Below are positions 24,860 through 37,836 of a stretch of DNA of 64,000 nucleotides, piece after piece. The position numbers and the translations under genes are program-made. Where the stretch lies: positions 84,506,001 through 84,570,000 of the forward strand of contig OZ024745.1 in the NCBI GenBank assembly GCA_964016885.1, read 5' to 3'. Under the pieces are notes generated by a model. That model was given only the letters and a program-made list of their open reading frames with translations. It did no database searches and was not told the origin of the DNA. This DNA is from Eledone cirrhosa. Its lineage: Eukaryota. Positions within the stretch are counted from its first letter, which is position 1. Every line of letters begins with the position of its first letter.

Positions 24860-25800
24860 ACAAGGATCAAGGGAAAATATCGAGGCAAGCCAACACGCTG
24901 GCAGCATTAACGCAGGTGATGGCGAGGCTAAAGCGCTGACACAACCAGACACCTTCACGAGCAACACTCGCCGACAAAAACATTGCTGTCAGCGCCCCAG
25001 ATTCACAAAACGTCTCGAACGCCAGAGGCTGGAAAAAAATAGTTATTTGATAGTATTTTACGATTTTATTACGTTTGGCTACGGAAGCAGTGACCCTCAC
25101 ATTTACCGCGGCATCCATGATATGGGAGGGAGCAAAAACGTCACTGACTGTGGCGTCCCAGTTGAGACATCTACCTCTTACCCACGTGCAAAGGGTAAGA
25201 CCCTCTGGTTTCTTCACATCAATTCTGGATAATCCTGTTGGTTCGGAGTACAATGGAGATGCGTAGCTTGTCTAGACTAAGAAGACCACCAATGTTAGCC
25301 ACAGGCAGGGGATCAACCCAACCCTCCGAGAATTTTGCGCTTGCAGAAAGTAAGTGGCACCTAGAAAATTGATTAGAGAGAGAGTTAACTTTTTCCTCCG
25401 AATGCAGATTGTCTCATACTCTGTTTGCCCCTATCCTCGTCAGTATCGGGAACTGACAAACCCAGCTCTCTCCACTGTAGTAAAGCTTCATCCATCTCCA
25501 TGTTGGAAAGGAAAGGATGCCACCTATTAAAGGGAACAGGCGTGGATGGAGGAAAGAAAGCAAAATAGTAACAGAGATGAGCATTTACACAGACTGAAAC
25601 CTCCAAATCTTTTAGGTAAGGAAGCCAGGGAGAGAAAAAAAGAGAGGAAAAGATAAAAATTAGATAATCAAAACAAGGAAAGGGATGTGGTAAACTGGCT
25701 GGGAGGTTATATCTCAGTTGTGTCCAAAAGCTAAGATATCGAAAGTATTTCTGCGGATAACAGCCAGCACCACCCGCTGCCAATCCGCCTCACGAGGCAT
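24860..25800 (-). mobile_element. Remnant of a CRE-like non-LTR retrotransposon (restriction-like endonuclease end)
   Basis: GLSRIDVKKPEGLTLCTWVRGRCLNWDATV..KIVKY..PLAFET and QRFSLAITCVNAASVL resemble the RPDG/WDVT/K..KY/QRGNA C-terminal motifs of CRE-clade elements. Boundaries are approximate. Confidence 0.65.
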
Positions 25801-28437
25801 CCGACTTTGCGGAGGAAATTAGAAGTCTCGAAAACAATCAACACGAAAAGGATACGGTCAGTCAAATCCCAGCTTCTTCCTGGGTTTGTGGCTAATGTGA
25901 TTTGGATGTAAAGTATTAGAGAAAGGCTCCGGCGGCCCTTATTGTATGTGACCGTGTATAACAAACATTCTGAGTTCAAATCCCGCCGAGGTCGATAAAA
26001 TAAAGTACCAGTAATGTACTGGGATAATTGCTGGCCTTCTGCCAAAAGTAGAAACAATTATTTAGTGTTAAATTCATATTTTCTTTCGTTTCGATTTTAT
26101 ATTTTTTGTTACTTTAGCAAATATTTTTTTTTCTTTTTTCTATTAACCTCTCCATTACCCTTATCTTATTTATTTACTCAAAAACCCAGCTGCAACTCAT
26201 GAAATAATGTACGAGTTCACAAAATATTGGATTATTTTCATAGAATATCTACAAACCTGTAACTCGATTGAATTATATATACACAACCTCAGATTTAATG
26301 GGCGACATGAGATTGTTTAATGTTTATATATCTGTCACGGGCATTAACAGTGAAATTAAATGTTTAGAAAAATCGAAACCAGATCGCAGATTAGCTATAA
26401 GAATGTTTTTATTTTTATTCATAAGCACAAAGGATGCAAGATAAGCTTGCGCAGTGTTGATACTAGAGGCGTGTGTCATGAAAAGGAAATTTAATATTAT
26501 TCACCCCTAACTTTTGTTAGAAAATATACAATGAATAAAATGCTTGAGAAATTGTTTAGAATTCTAGACGTTTAAAAAACTGAAAACGAATAAAGAATGG
26601 TCTTGACTGGCCTGCAAATTAATAAAGATTAGCCTTGATTGAGAAAATCTTTTATCAAAGATGTTTGTACCGTGACCACCACTTTTTTTTTCAGACAAGG
26701 CATGTCTAAGGCTACACTATTCAATGTGTCCTTACCTTTTTAAGATACTAACGGTGTGATTTCAGGAGCTTTGGGTGCTATTTCTGACAGGCCGGACAAC
26801 TCCAGAGGCATCTTCCCTTGGTAGGCTAAATTAAAATGTTTGCGCCCCAAGTCAGCTATAATCGAGCAGACAATATAAAAGACATTCCAGCCAGGACCAC
26901 CCTGTCTTTTTTAGAGTATCACCATGTCCTTCCCATTTGTAACAGAATATGATTTGAGAAAGTTGGCTGCTATTTCTAGCTGATTCAACGCCCACATAAG
27001 GCTCCCTCTCATAAAATTGTAAAAGTAACTTTAGCTATTAAGCAGAGAACCTTCCAGTTGCACATAATGTCAGGTAATTAAATATATTATATATTTTTAA
27101 TCTCTTTATATATATGTTCGCTCCTGAAGAACGAAGGGTAAAAAGTGCATTGAGTTTAACTCATCTTACCAATGAAAATAGTGAACTATTACCTCATATA
27201 TATAGATATATATATATAATTATAGAAATGACTTCTACTTACCTAATGTTTTCTTACGAATGAAACAGTTCTAGTCCTATAGAATTCATTAAAATGAATA
27301 TACCTATACTCAACTAGCGCATTTACTTTTTAACAGTGGTCGCCTCCCGACTCTACACACACACATATATATTTCAGTGTGGTCTACCTCTGGTGGTAGG
27401 GTCCGTACCGTAGATAGAACTCAATGTAATCCGATGCTATATATGAAGTCTGATAGTATACAGTTATATAACTGCGTTAATTTAATACCTATATATATAT
27501 GCCCACTACTGTGAAAGGCAAACGCAGAAGACCTCTCCAGACATTAAAGAGTCATTGAGGAAGATACAGATTATCCGGGGAAGAATCAAGGCAGTTAATG
27601 TTGGATAGTGTCAGAGAGTTTTATCATGTCACCAAAGTGGGGGAATTTAGTAGAAGTGTGTATGTGTTTGTCTGTATATATACATATATAGAATCAAGGA
27701 TGGTATACCGAATACGATCGGGGGGAAAAGCCAGTTAAATAGGGACTCTGTATAGAAACGACTTCTACGGGACTCAAACTGTTTCATTCATATTAAATAA
27801 GCAGGAATGTCCATTATTGCCTATTAATGAAATAGTTCCTGTCCTGTATATGTTGTTTCTATATAATATAATATATAATTATGTGCGTATGTACAGGTGT
27901 TCATTTAAACGAACAATTGTTCGAGTTGTAAAATGTATTTTGTGCTTTTAGAAAAAAAATAAGGGCTACCTCCCAATAACTTAATTTAGTAACAAAAAGC
28001 AATAAGGCAACTTTTAAATAACGAAGTGCATATAAAGTAACTTAATGATTTTGAAATCTAATTTTCAAGGAAGGTGATTTATATATGAGAACCACGTGTT
28101 GAAAAATTTTTACGGGATCTGCGGAATATAGATTTACACTATATTAGAAGAAACATTATAATATCTAATATATGTATAATGTTCTGTGAAAGACTTTTTC
28201 ATATTAAAGATCGATCGCATAGAAATATAGCAAATAAAGCAGGTAAATAAAATAAAAATTTAATATAAATTCAATTCTGTGTAAGTAAATCCACAAAAAT
28301 ATATTGAAGTTATGGAAAAGTTTTAAGTTTTACTTATGTAACTGCTGTACTTATGTAAACTGATGATTATGTTGATGATAGAAAACAAACTGAAAAACAA
28401 ATAATATTCTGTCAAGTAGAGAGAAATAAGAATATCT

Positions 28438-29400
28438 TCATAATGGAGTATATTCTCGGATAATGTTACCCCCACAACTTGAAATTGGTCTCAAATAACC
28501 GCTGTTGCCATACAACCATTCAACATATCCTGATTCTGTTGAAGATTCAAATGGTAAATAAATACTTTCTGTCAGTTCTTGGTCAGTAGTGTTACTGGCT
28601 CCGTTAAAAATTCCGCTCCAGTTATATGGATAAGTGGAAAATAATTGAAAATCCTGTTCGTTATCAAACTCATTCTTAATATAAGAAAAGAAGATATCTC
28701 TCAGTTGTAGTTGTTTCGTTAAACGCTGTGAACATGAATCCATTTCTAATGGTTCCAACTTACTGTAATGTTTGGAATCAGATTTCGACACAGCTTCATT
28801 AACCTTTGATCGTCTATTTCGAGTTTCTCGCTGTTTTTCAAAATATCCAGAATTAAGTTTTTCTTCTTCTAGACTGTTATTGTTTTTATTTAGTGTTGCA
28901 TGGAAATCCGGCGGTAAATCTTCGGAAAAATCAAATTCATCAGGGTCCCTCTTCAGTTTCAAAGATCTTCTTCGGCTCACTCGTTGGCCAAAGCCACATT
29001 TATGAATAGGTATTGTTTTTCTTCTGGTTTTTATATTTGCTAATAAATCCTGGCGACCTCTGCGAAAATAAGGGTGGCTGAATGAAAAAACACCTCTAGC
29101 CGATACATGCCAACCGAAACTATATTCACGGAAAAGACGCCTCAGATTAGTAAATTGTGGAATTTGAACAAAGCCTGGATATAAGTCCATTACTAAAGCT
29201 TCATAGTTTTTAGGTCCAGGGTTTTCTTCGATTAAGGAATTTGAAGTATTTGAAAGTGAAGGGGATCCTAGAGATATTCTAATACCATTATTATCCCACC
29301 GAAGAATACGACCGTCTTCAACTACGGCATAAAGTTTCTCGGGAAATTTGTCACCACGCTGGAGATACAGACGGGCCTGTTGCTGTTTTTCGGGATGCAT
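28438..29400 (-). CDS. Intronless 320-aa protein with a divergent N-terminal HSF-type DNA-binding domain
   Basis: Uninterrupted ATG-to-stop ORF in non-repetitive DNA. FPEKLY..V, I.W.NNG, F.NLRRLFREYSF and FSHPYFRRGRQDLLANIKTR follow the HSF DBD pattern. Confidence 0.85.
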   Translation of the reverse strand: MHPEKQQQARLYLQRGDKFPEKLYAVVEDGRILRWDNNGIRISLGSPSLSNTSNSLIEENPGPKNYEALVMDLYPGFVQIPQFTNLRRLFREYSFGWHVSARGVFSFSHPYFRRGRQDLLANIKTRRKTIPIHKCGFGQRVSRRRSLKLKRDPDEFDFSEDLPPDFHATLNKNNNSLEEEKLNSGYFEKQRETRNRRSKVNEAVSKSDSKHYSKLEPLEMDSCSQRLTKQLQLRDIFFSYIKNEFDNEQDFQLFSTYPYNWSGIFNGASNTTDQELTESIYLPFESSTESGYVEWLYGNSGYLRPISSCGGNIIREYTPL

Positions 29401-29437
29401 TTTTGACTTTGTATAATTTAGTTAGATAATAATAATG

Positions 29438-29474
<37 letters not shown>

Positions 29475-29484
29475 TCTCTATATT

Positions 29485-29625
29485 CTTTCCCGGTGTGCTA
29501 CATAGCAACATTAACGGAGCGAAATAGAGCCCGACAGAACGCGTGTCCGTTAATATTTTACTCGTGTTTCTCTCATCAATAAACCGGATGTTGACCATGT
29601 CACTGCTTGCCAAAGTTCGAATATA
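29485..29625. promoter_or_regulatory. Candidate (possibly bidirectional) promoter with RFX X-box-like site at 29495-29509
   Basis: Locally CpG-dense segment ~100-220 bp upstream of the HSF-like ATG. GTGCTACATAGCAAC reads GTTGCTATGTAGCAC on - and has one strong X-box half-site. Confidence 0.45.
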
Positions 29626-29759
29626 TATATATGTATGTGTGTGTGTCTTTTGTCGAGCATTAATTAATCCATCGATAAATATCTGTACAGAGCCATATCC
29701 ACATATCCATGTGTGCCTCGCTATGACTAATCTATCAGTCGAACGAAATACCTTTCAGT

Positions 29760-29870
29760 TACAAATAGAGAGACCATATGTTTGAATTATAAATGGGGAA
29801 GCCACATGTTTGAATTAGAAATAGTGACGCCACATGTGTGAATTAGAAATAGAGGGGCCACATGTTTGAA
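29760..29870. repeat. ~29-30-bp tandem repeat, about 4 copies
   Basis: Unit ccacatgtttgaattagaaatag(a/t)g..g with variants. Confidence 0.75.
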
Positions 29871-32800
29871 CTCATCAAATGTAGAGAAACAAACACTAAT
29901 GACAATAACTAGGTCAATACAACTGAACATTAAATCAAACATTAAATCAAACATAATATGCCAGACATCCTTGTATCTATATTTTCAAAAATATCCAATT
30001 AGCTTACTTCCTTGCTGTAGGTCTTTCCTTAACTGTGATCATGGGCCACATGTGTTAAAAAGGTTTAAATAATGTGGAAATGGAAATTGTTGTGCGCTTA
30101 ATTTTACTAATGGATTAGGTAAAAGAAGCAAAAATTGTCTACATTGTATTTAATGAGGCTCTCTAATTTGGAACATAATATGTATACTATCTGAGAAATT
30201 TACTGATAACTATATCCTCTTCATTCTGATATTTCAAAATTTTAGTGTTGAATTTATACAAGATTTTTTTTTTTTTTTTGCAATATACCATCTCTAAAAT
30301 GAACAGTATCATAATATTACATCTCTTGTCTGGGCAGTATATTAATATGACATATTTAGAATTGAATGAAATATCTAACATGGCTTCTTGGTTAATACTG
30401 AAAGCTAAGATTTTATGGGCAAAACCAACCAGCAGGAGACCCTGAGCAAGATGGTTGGATAACATCCATGAGCTTGGCTGGTCATGTTTGGGGATACAGC
30501 CAAATCAATTGGAGATGGTTGCTTCTGATAGGACCTGCTGGAAGGAGTATTTGAGGACTCTGCCTCCCACAACCCTGTCATGAATAAATAGGCAAAGAAG
30601 AAAAAGAAGTATCTTTGTAATTTAAAATAGATTATTGATGTTTAAGTAATTGGAAACAATGTTGATTAATATTGGGACATTGATCCTAAGACTTTGGTTA
30701 AACTGCAAAAAGTTGTTTTTTTTAAATGATTGCCAATTGTTACAAATAAATCTAATTTAGGCAATTGTAAAAGTTGTACTATATGGCCACGAATTGACAG
30801 TGTTGTTAGAATGTCAGATAGGATTCTTTGCTGTATTTGTTTCAGCTCTCTGCTCCTTGAGTTTAAATCCTACCAAGATTGCTTTGCCTTTCATCCATTT
30901 GAGGTAGATAAAAACTACTATTCTAGTACTGGAGTTGACTATTCCTCTATATCTCTTTCTCACTTTCTCTCTGACACACTCACTCTCTATATTCGTCTTT
31001 GGGAGAAGTCTGCTGTATTCAGACCTGATGAGGAGATGGGCCCCACCAGGTTTATATTTCCCTTGTAATGCCAATACAGCATACCGATGACTCCCTCAGC
31101 TTAAGAAGAAGAATAGTTGTAGTGGTGGTTAGGATCATAGAAATGATAATTATAGTGGTGGTTATTATGGTTAGAATCATCTGAAGTCTGTTGCAAGCCT
31201 GGGGGATTATCTAGGTGGTGCTTATCCCAATTTCCATGGTGTTAAGCCATTGAGAGTACAAGACTCCCTCTTGGACAGGACACCAGTCTATTGCAGGTTT
31301 AAACCACTAACTACTACTAGTACTCATTTTCAGCAGAGTATACTGGGGCAACATGAAATGAAGGGTTTGGCTCAAAAACACAACACACAACCTAGTCCAG
31401 AAATTGAACCCATGACATTATGATCATAGTACAAGTAAATATAATGAGAGGGGGTAGTTGTAACCAGTTATGTTACAACCAATGTGTCACAGTTCTGGGC
31501 AGTAATTGTGAGATTCTTGATGTGTCTAGCTGTTACAGTACATGTAACAGATTAAATAGTTATAGCCAGTTTTTTAAGGGTTGAATAGTTGTATTCAGTT
31601 TTGATACTGTCAGTGTATTTTAGAGATTGAATAACTGTTGTCACTTCTGATACAGTTAGTATGTCAGAGGAGATGAGTGACTATGATTAGTTAATACAAC
31701 AGGTCTATCACATAGATTGTGAAGCAAAAGGGCTAAGTGACTATGGTATTGAACTGCAAGCTTAACTAAGTTAAGAGATTTGGTTATTTTAGAGACTCCC
31801 TCTAAACAAGTACCTTTACTGTGAACATGAAGAATTGAAAAACAAACTGGAAAGGGGAGAGAATGCAACATATATGAACTGCCGCTATTAAGATAAAGAA
31901 CTTTTATTTGGTCACTCACCCAGCTAGATTTAGCAAACATCTCTAAATCACATCCTATTGTCTTGAAAAAATGTAGGATCACATTTGACAATGTAGTCCT
32001 AGACATACAAAAAGACAGGATGGAAAGAGATGGAATGTCTTTGAATTAGATTTGTTCAACAAGATTTGACATGGGGCTAAACAACAACCATTTTACATAT
32101 ATACACATTGCAGAGTATATAGTGTAGTGATGAAATAGAGGCAAGATCTATGTTGAATTCTAGATCTTATCTGCACCTTAAATTGCATCAAACTACTTCA
32201 ATACTCTACATAGCATCAACTTGGTTACAACTAGAAATAATTGATATTTATCTCAACACTTTACTTTTCCTTCTTCCTCCTTTTCACATTTACTTCTAAT
32301 GAAATCAAGTTTGTCTGCAAACTTACCAGCCACAGATTTAATCATTTGTATTCTGCTATTAGCATCTATGAAGCAAAATTCCTTATTTCAATGATCAGCT
32401 CCATTAAGATGTACATCCCTATCATAGTTAAGTACAGAAAACAGATCACTATTAAACAAAATGAAGACACTGTGCATTTTTATTTTTTTATGCTAGAACA
32501 AATCCTAGCTTTCTTTACAGAAGTGTATAGCCAGCAGAATTAAAATCAGAATATCACTGGTATTCTATCAATAGGGGGATTAAATACACATTTGAACCTA
32601 TCCAGATTTGAAACTGGAACCAAAACGGAACAAAACTATATTTTATTTATTTGGTTCTCTATAAATTCAATTATCTTAACTGACCCCAAAAGATCTACAT
32701 AATTGGTAGTGTGTTATTAGTTCACTGAACTGGGTTCAAATCTCACAAGCTTTGATCATGCAATACAAAACAAATTGGGTCTGTATTACAAGCTCCCTTA

Positions 32801-33970
32801 AAGTCATTTTACATAATCAAATATTGATTGATGTCTTCAAATAGAAAAATTAAGCAGATGGCATTTAGACACAGAAGATATATTTTAATGTTCTTTAATC
32901 CTTTCGTTGCTATATTTTTAATGAAATAAGTTGTCAATGATTTTCAGATAATGTTGAAAATAATCAAGAATATAGAGTTTGGAAAATAACTTAAATGTTC
33001 TTACATAAAATTATAGATGAAAGATTTTAGATAAATGTAAACATTTTAAAATGAATAGTTTTTTTTTATCATAGAACCTAGGGCAGTTTGGTGTCAAGAG
33101 GTTTAATATTTGCTTGGCTTAAATCTATTATCAGTAGTAACTGTTCTATAGGTAAACAGAAAAAGATTTTAAACTGTCAAATATTTGAGGCCATTAAAGA
33201 TTTGGGTTTTTGTTTTAAATATAACATTATTTATTGTGTGTGTCACCACAGACTTAATTAAGGCTAAGAGAATGAAAAACAATAATCTTAGTCTTCAAAG
33301 AAATTACTAACACAAAAACTGTGTTAGTAATTTCTTGGTGAGCAAATTGTATGTCTACAGTAGAAAACACAACCCAATAACTTAGACAAACCAATTGTTG
33401 TTTTGGCCTTCTAGAAATAGCAGACAAAACTTCCTTAACCTTTTCAATGCCATAGACGAGATAACTCATCCTAACATGTTTGTATTCCAGTGCCACAGAT
33501 GAGATAACTCATCCTAACATGTTTGAACTCTTTTCCAACAGTTCATAACTTCAAAGCTAGATGGAGTTACTAGTTTATTGATATGACTTTTGTCAATCAT
33601 TCAGATATGTGTTGTTAATAAATGTTTGTTTAAAAAAATAATCATTTTACTGAAAAAAGAAAACTGGCACATCAACTGTAACTGCGTAGAATATATGCAG
33701 CAGTCAACAGTTTAAAACAAAAGAAATCATTAGATTGTGCATTTCTTTTTCGTTTTCTTCTTAAACAATCAACAAGGTCCAAGACCTCATTTGCTTCCCA
33801 TGTGGGGCGGAACCTGTCAAATCAGACCAAAAACAGAGTTATCACAACTAGAAAACATTTGATCATAGGTCTATTCTTTTATAACTAACCAGGATTAAAT
33901 AAATTCAACGAGAATATATAATATAGTGATGAACGCAGAATAAAACTGATCTAAAGACATTACATTTCTT

Positions 33971-34157
33971 GGCGGTGGATTGGCAGTATCGGTAGAGGGT
34001 CGGACGCCATGCTTTCCAGCATAGTTACGTCCCTTTACGATCTGTGTTCAAATCTCGCCGACGTTGACTTTGCCTTTCATCCTTACGGGGTCGATAAAAT
34101 AAAGTACCAGTAATGCACTGGGTAATTGCTGGCCTTGTGCCTAAAGTAGAAACAATT
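33971..34157 (+). mobile_element. SINE family B with TSD attacatttctt
   Basis: Same consensus as 9185-9372, with direct repeats on both sides. Confidence 0.88.
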
Positions 34158-34785
34158 ACATTTCTTTTATTGTCATCATTTGCAGTGTTTATGTCCCACC
34201 TTTTATTTCCCCAGCATTCCTAAGTACCAGTAATATATTGGAGTTGGTCTGGTCTATTATATGCCTGCCATGCTCTTCAAAAATTGCACTCATTTCTTTA
34301 CAAAAGTGAGAAAATGTAATAAACTAGTACAATTGAGAACCAAGACATTAATAAATATTTTACAGTTAACTTTATTCACACTTCCAAGTTCAAATTTTGT
34401 ATGAACATGACTACTTTGATTTCTGCATAATTGATAAAATATATACCAGTTTTTGTATAGCCTAAAGTCAGCTCTTATCAGAAAGACCTATGATCAAAAC
34501 ATACTTGCCATGACCATTCCATCTTATTTTCAGAAATGGACCTAGTGCTATATTTTTTGATACCTAGATGTCCTTCCTTTAGATGCCAAGATGTAGTTGG
34601 GGAAAAAGGCTGGCTACTCATTCTAGTAGATCAACTAACCACATCAAGGCTCAGGTCAGTGAAAATACTGCTTATTATCCAGTTACCAAAATACATACTA
34701 ATAAAATACCAAGGTCAAGTCATAGTGAAAAATACTGCTTCAAGTCATAGTGAAAAATGAAGGTTCACGTCCAACTACTAAAATA

Positions 34786-37052
34786 TCTATATATATAAAA
34801 TTGTTTGTTTGTTTGTCTCCTATACACTTAAAAGCCAGTGTTCTAAACCTGTTCAAACTTGGCATGTGAGTTCCTTAGACTCAGGAATAGGTTTTCTACA
34901 AACTTGGACCTATATTCATTTGTTTATATGTTTGTTTGTCTGAGTTTGTAAAAATAACATTGGTAGTCATAGACAGAAAGAAACAGAGATACAGAAAGCA
35001 AAGAAAGTGAGCAATACACATTCAAATGTTGAATCAAACGTCCCTCCCTCTCTACTGCATTCAATCAACATATTAGCTGACATCTCTATCAGCAGCAGCA
35101 TGTGAGGAGAGAAAGAAAGTGAGTGACGTATGATTTGAATTATGGAAACACTACTAAAAATAACATTTGTGAAACCTGTAATATTTTTTTGCAAATTCCT
35201 TTCTGTTAGTTTTTTGTTATTTCCGAAAGATAACTGAATGTTAATACAGTGAGTCCTCATTCAACAAAAATTTGACTCAACCCTTAGTAATTGGTTGTTG
35301 TTTCCGAAAAATATCTGAAAGTTAATGCAGTATGTCCTTATTCAATAACATTTAATTCAACTTAGATCTATCATTAACAAAAAAAATTTTAATTTTTAGA
35401 TAAAAAATATTGACTTTGGAAGCTGCAAGCAAAAAATTCTACCGAAGATTCATTTGGAATAACATTTCATAAAGCTATGGCAAAGCAGCTAAAAATGGAA
35501 AATTAAAGTGATAAGACTCCAAAAACAAAGAAAAGCAACAGTGAAACGAATCAGAACAAAGATCAAAAAGCCTTGCTGATGATAGGGAAAGGTATGCAAC
35601 TATTGGATAAAAGGAACCAGATGTATGAAAATCATCAAGAAAGCAAAGGTAGCATGCAAAGGTAACATGCAGCTCAAAGGTAACGAAGAAAGTGAATCTC
35701 AAACTCAAAGGCTATGTGAACAGAGAGCAAAACAAAAGACTTATGATTTAAAAAGGTTGCTGGGTGGAACTTTACTGCTTTTAGTTACAATCTATATCAG
35801 AATTATGTCTCAGAACCTTTAATTCAAATTCCTCAATGAACAAGATTTGTCCAAATTGTAGTGCTGAAAGATGGAATGGTGAGTCAACTGGATTGTACTG
35901 TTCAAAAAGAAAGATCAAGTTGAAAGTATTACCTGAACCACTAGAACTACTAATTGGTACAACTACTGAATCAAAAGACTTCCTTCCAAATATACAGAAT
36001 CACAATAATGCATTGCAAATGTCATCCATGAAAGTGGCTTTATGCCCACTTTTAAGATCCAAGGGCAAGTATATATAATTAAACCACTTCAGCCACATTC
36101 AAAAGAACCAAAATCTATATTTCATCAGTGATATGAAAAACGAAGCACAGACAAGATATGAAAGGAATAAAGAAACAAAGTGTGAATTGATATTGCAACT
36201 ACAAGATGTTACATAGAAAAAACAGCTATATGAGAAGTTTTAAATATGCCCTAGAAAATGCACCTGTAAAAGAACTCAAAGTACTGACAAGAGACCACCA
36301 GGAAAGCATTCACTCCACTATAATGCACCTGAATATAATGAAGTCACTATTGTAATATCTGGAGAAGAGCATAGTAAATGTGACATAATCCTTCATGGGA
36401 GAGAATCAATTACAGAGAATAAATGAAACACAATGCTCTCCAATATTCTTTAATTTATGTGAATGGAGAAGATGGATGCCATTTTAAAATCCCTCAAAAA
36501 GATGAAAATGATAATACCAGGAAGAAAATGTTATATATAGAAGGATTTTTACTACCATTTTATGATTCATCAAGACAATTTCAATTCACTCCACCTAATG
36601 CAAAATTTGTTCCATCAAGGAAGCTAGGTTTAAGAAGAATCTGTAGTGTGCAGAAGTGAAGACTGCATTGGTACACACATGTGATGTGTATGGATGATGA
36701 CTGCTGGATGAAGAAGTGCCAGGAAATACTAGTGGAAGTAAGCTACAGTAGAGGTAGACCAAGAAAGACCTGAGCAGAGGTGATGTGAGCCGATATTAAA
36801 TCGCCGAGACTCACAGAGGAGATGATGAAGGCACACGACAAGTAGATAGTATGCTGGAAAAAACTCGTCCAAACCATGCAAGCTTAGAAACACGGATGTA
36901 AAAACGATGATGATGATGATGATCTCACAGAAAGAATTTGTTATGCAGGTAATGTTAAAATCACTCATCACAATAAATATTTTTAAAATATACAGTTTTG
37001 AATGAAATTTCATTGTTTATTTAACCCGGTTAATGCCAGGTACTTCTGCTAG
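34786..37052 (+). mobile_element. Internally deleted Helitron
   Basis: 5' a|TCTATATATATAAAA; 3' hairpin cccggttaatgccagg then tacttctgCTAG|t; A-T target with no TSD. The Rep-like remnant is CPNCSAERWNGESTGLYCSKRKIKL..PEPL..ESKDFLPNIQNHNNALQMSS. Confidence 0.85.
36618..36922 (+). mobile_element. Decayed RTE 3' fragment nested in the Helitron
   Basis: Resembles the RRLRWYGHV/GRP region and ends gtaaaaacgatgatgatgatgatgat. Confidence 0.7.
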
Positions 37053-37804
37053 TATACTAATTAAATACAAGGTCACAGGGAAAATACACATTCCCATCCA
37101 ATTACAAAAATGTATTTTAATGAAATACCAAGGTCACAGTGAAAATACAGGTTCACATCCAACTACTATAAGACACAATAAAATACAGAGGTTGATACAG
37201 TCGAAATGAAATTCTCCTTCACTCAAGAATTTTTTTTCAGATCAACTTTAAAATAAAAATCAATACTCAAATTATTGAACAGTAGAGATAACTAAAATAA
37301 ACAAGTTCAAATTTTACTTGAGTCAACTATGCTTACATTTTTCCTGAGTTGATAAAGTCATTTGATGTAATGTATTAATATCAAGTTTAATACCTCCCCT
37401 TAAAAATCTCTCTTGTACAATTTCAGAAGAATTTAATAAAATATAAATTATCACAGGAAATTATTTTTCTTTTATTCCTCCCTTTTTAGAGAGGTTACAT
37501 TTTAGAGCTAATTATTCTTTCTTATGCAAATTTTTATTCCAAGTTGAACATTTTTTTTTTAATAAGAAAGGGCAAGTCATGCTACTTTAAAAAAAAAAAA
37601 AAAAATCTTCTGTGTTTATTCCCTGAAGTCGTACATAGTTGTGCGAGTACTGCAGCTGAAGAATAGAACATCTTGAATAATTGAACATTTAGAAGAAAAA
37701 GAGGAAACCATTAAATAAAAATAAGAATTGACAATGACTGACCTTCACGATTTTTACAAAGTTTTTTCTTCTGAATATTCTTTTATTCTTCCACAAATGT
37801 ATAG

Positions 37805-37836
37805 CTCACCAACTTCTGATGTATCTTCTATATCAG
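37805..37836 (+). CDS. MARF1: Candidate 32-nt micro-exon of the MARF1-like gene (SPTSDVSSIS)
   Basis: Pyrimidine tract then tag| ... cag|gtaaat. It is open in the frame that gives G+AT (Asp) with the 39022 exon. Confidence 0.5.

Noticed and set aside
29588-29614. ATG..GCC AAA|gttcga as first coding exon of the MARF1-like gene
   Set aside because: The donor is weak and phase 0, incompatible with the phase-2 start of the 37805 micro-exon unless another exon intervenes.
30670-30728. YWDID peptide resembling the MARF1 NYN motif FWDIEN
   Set aside because: An in-frame stop immediately precedes it, there is no suitable splice acceptor, and similarity does not continue.
31025-31050. CTGATGAG matches here and at ~63141
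   Set aside because: No stem II followed by GAAA, so probably chance matches.
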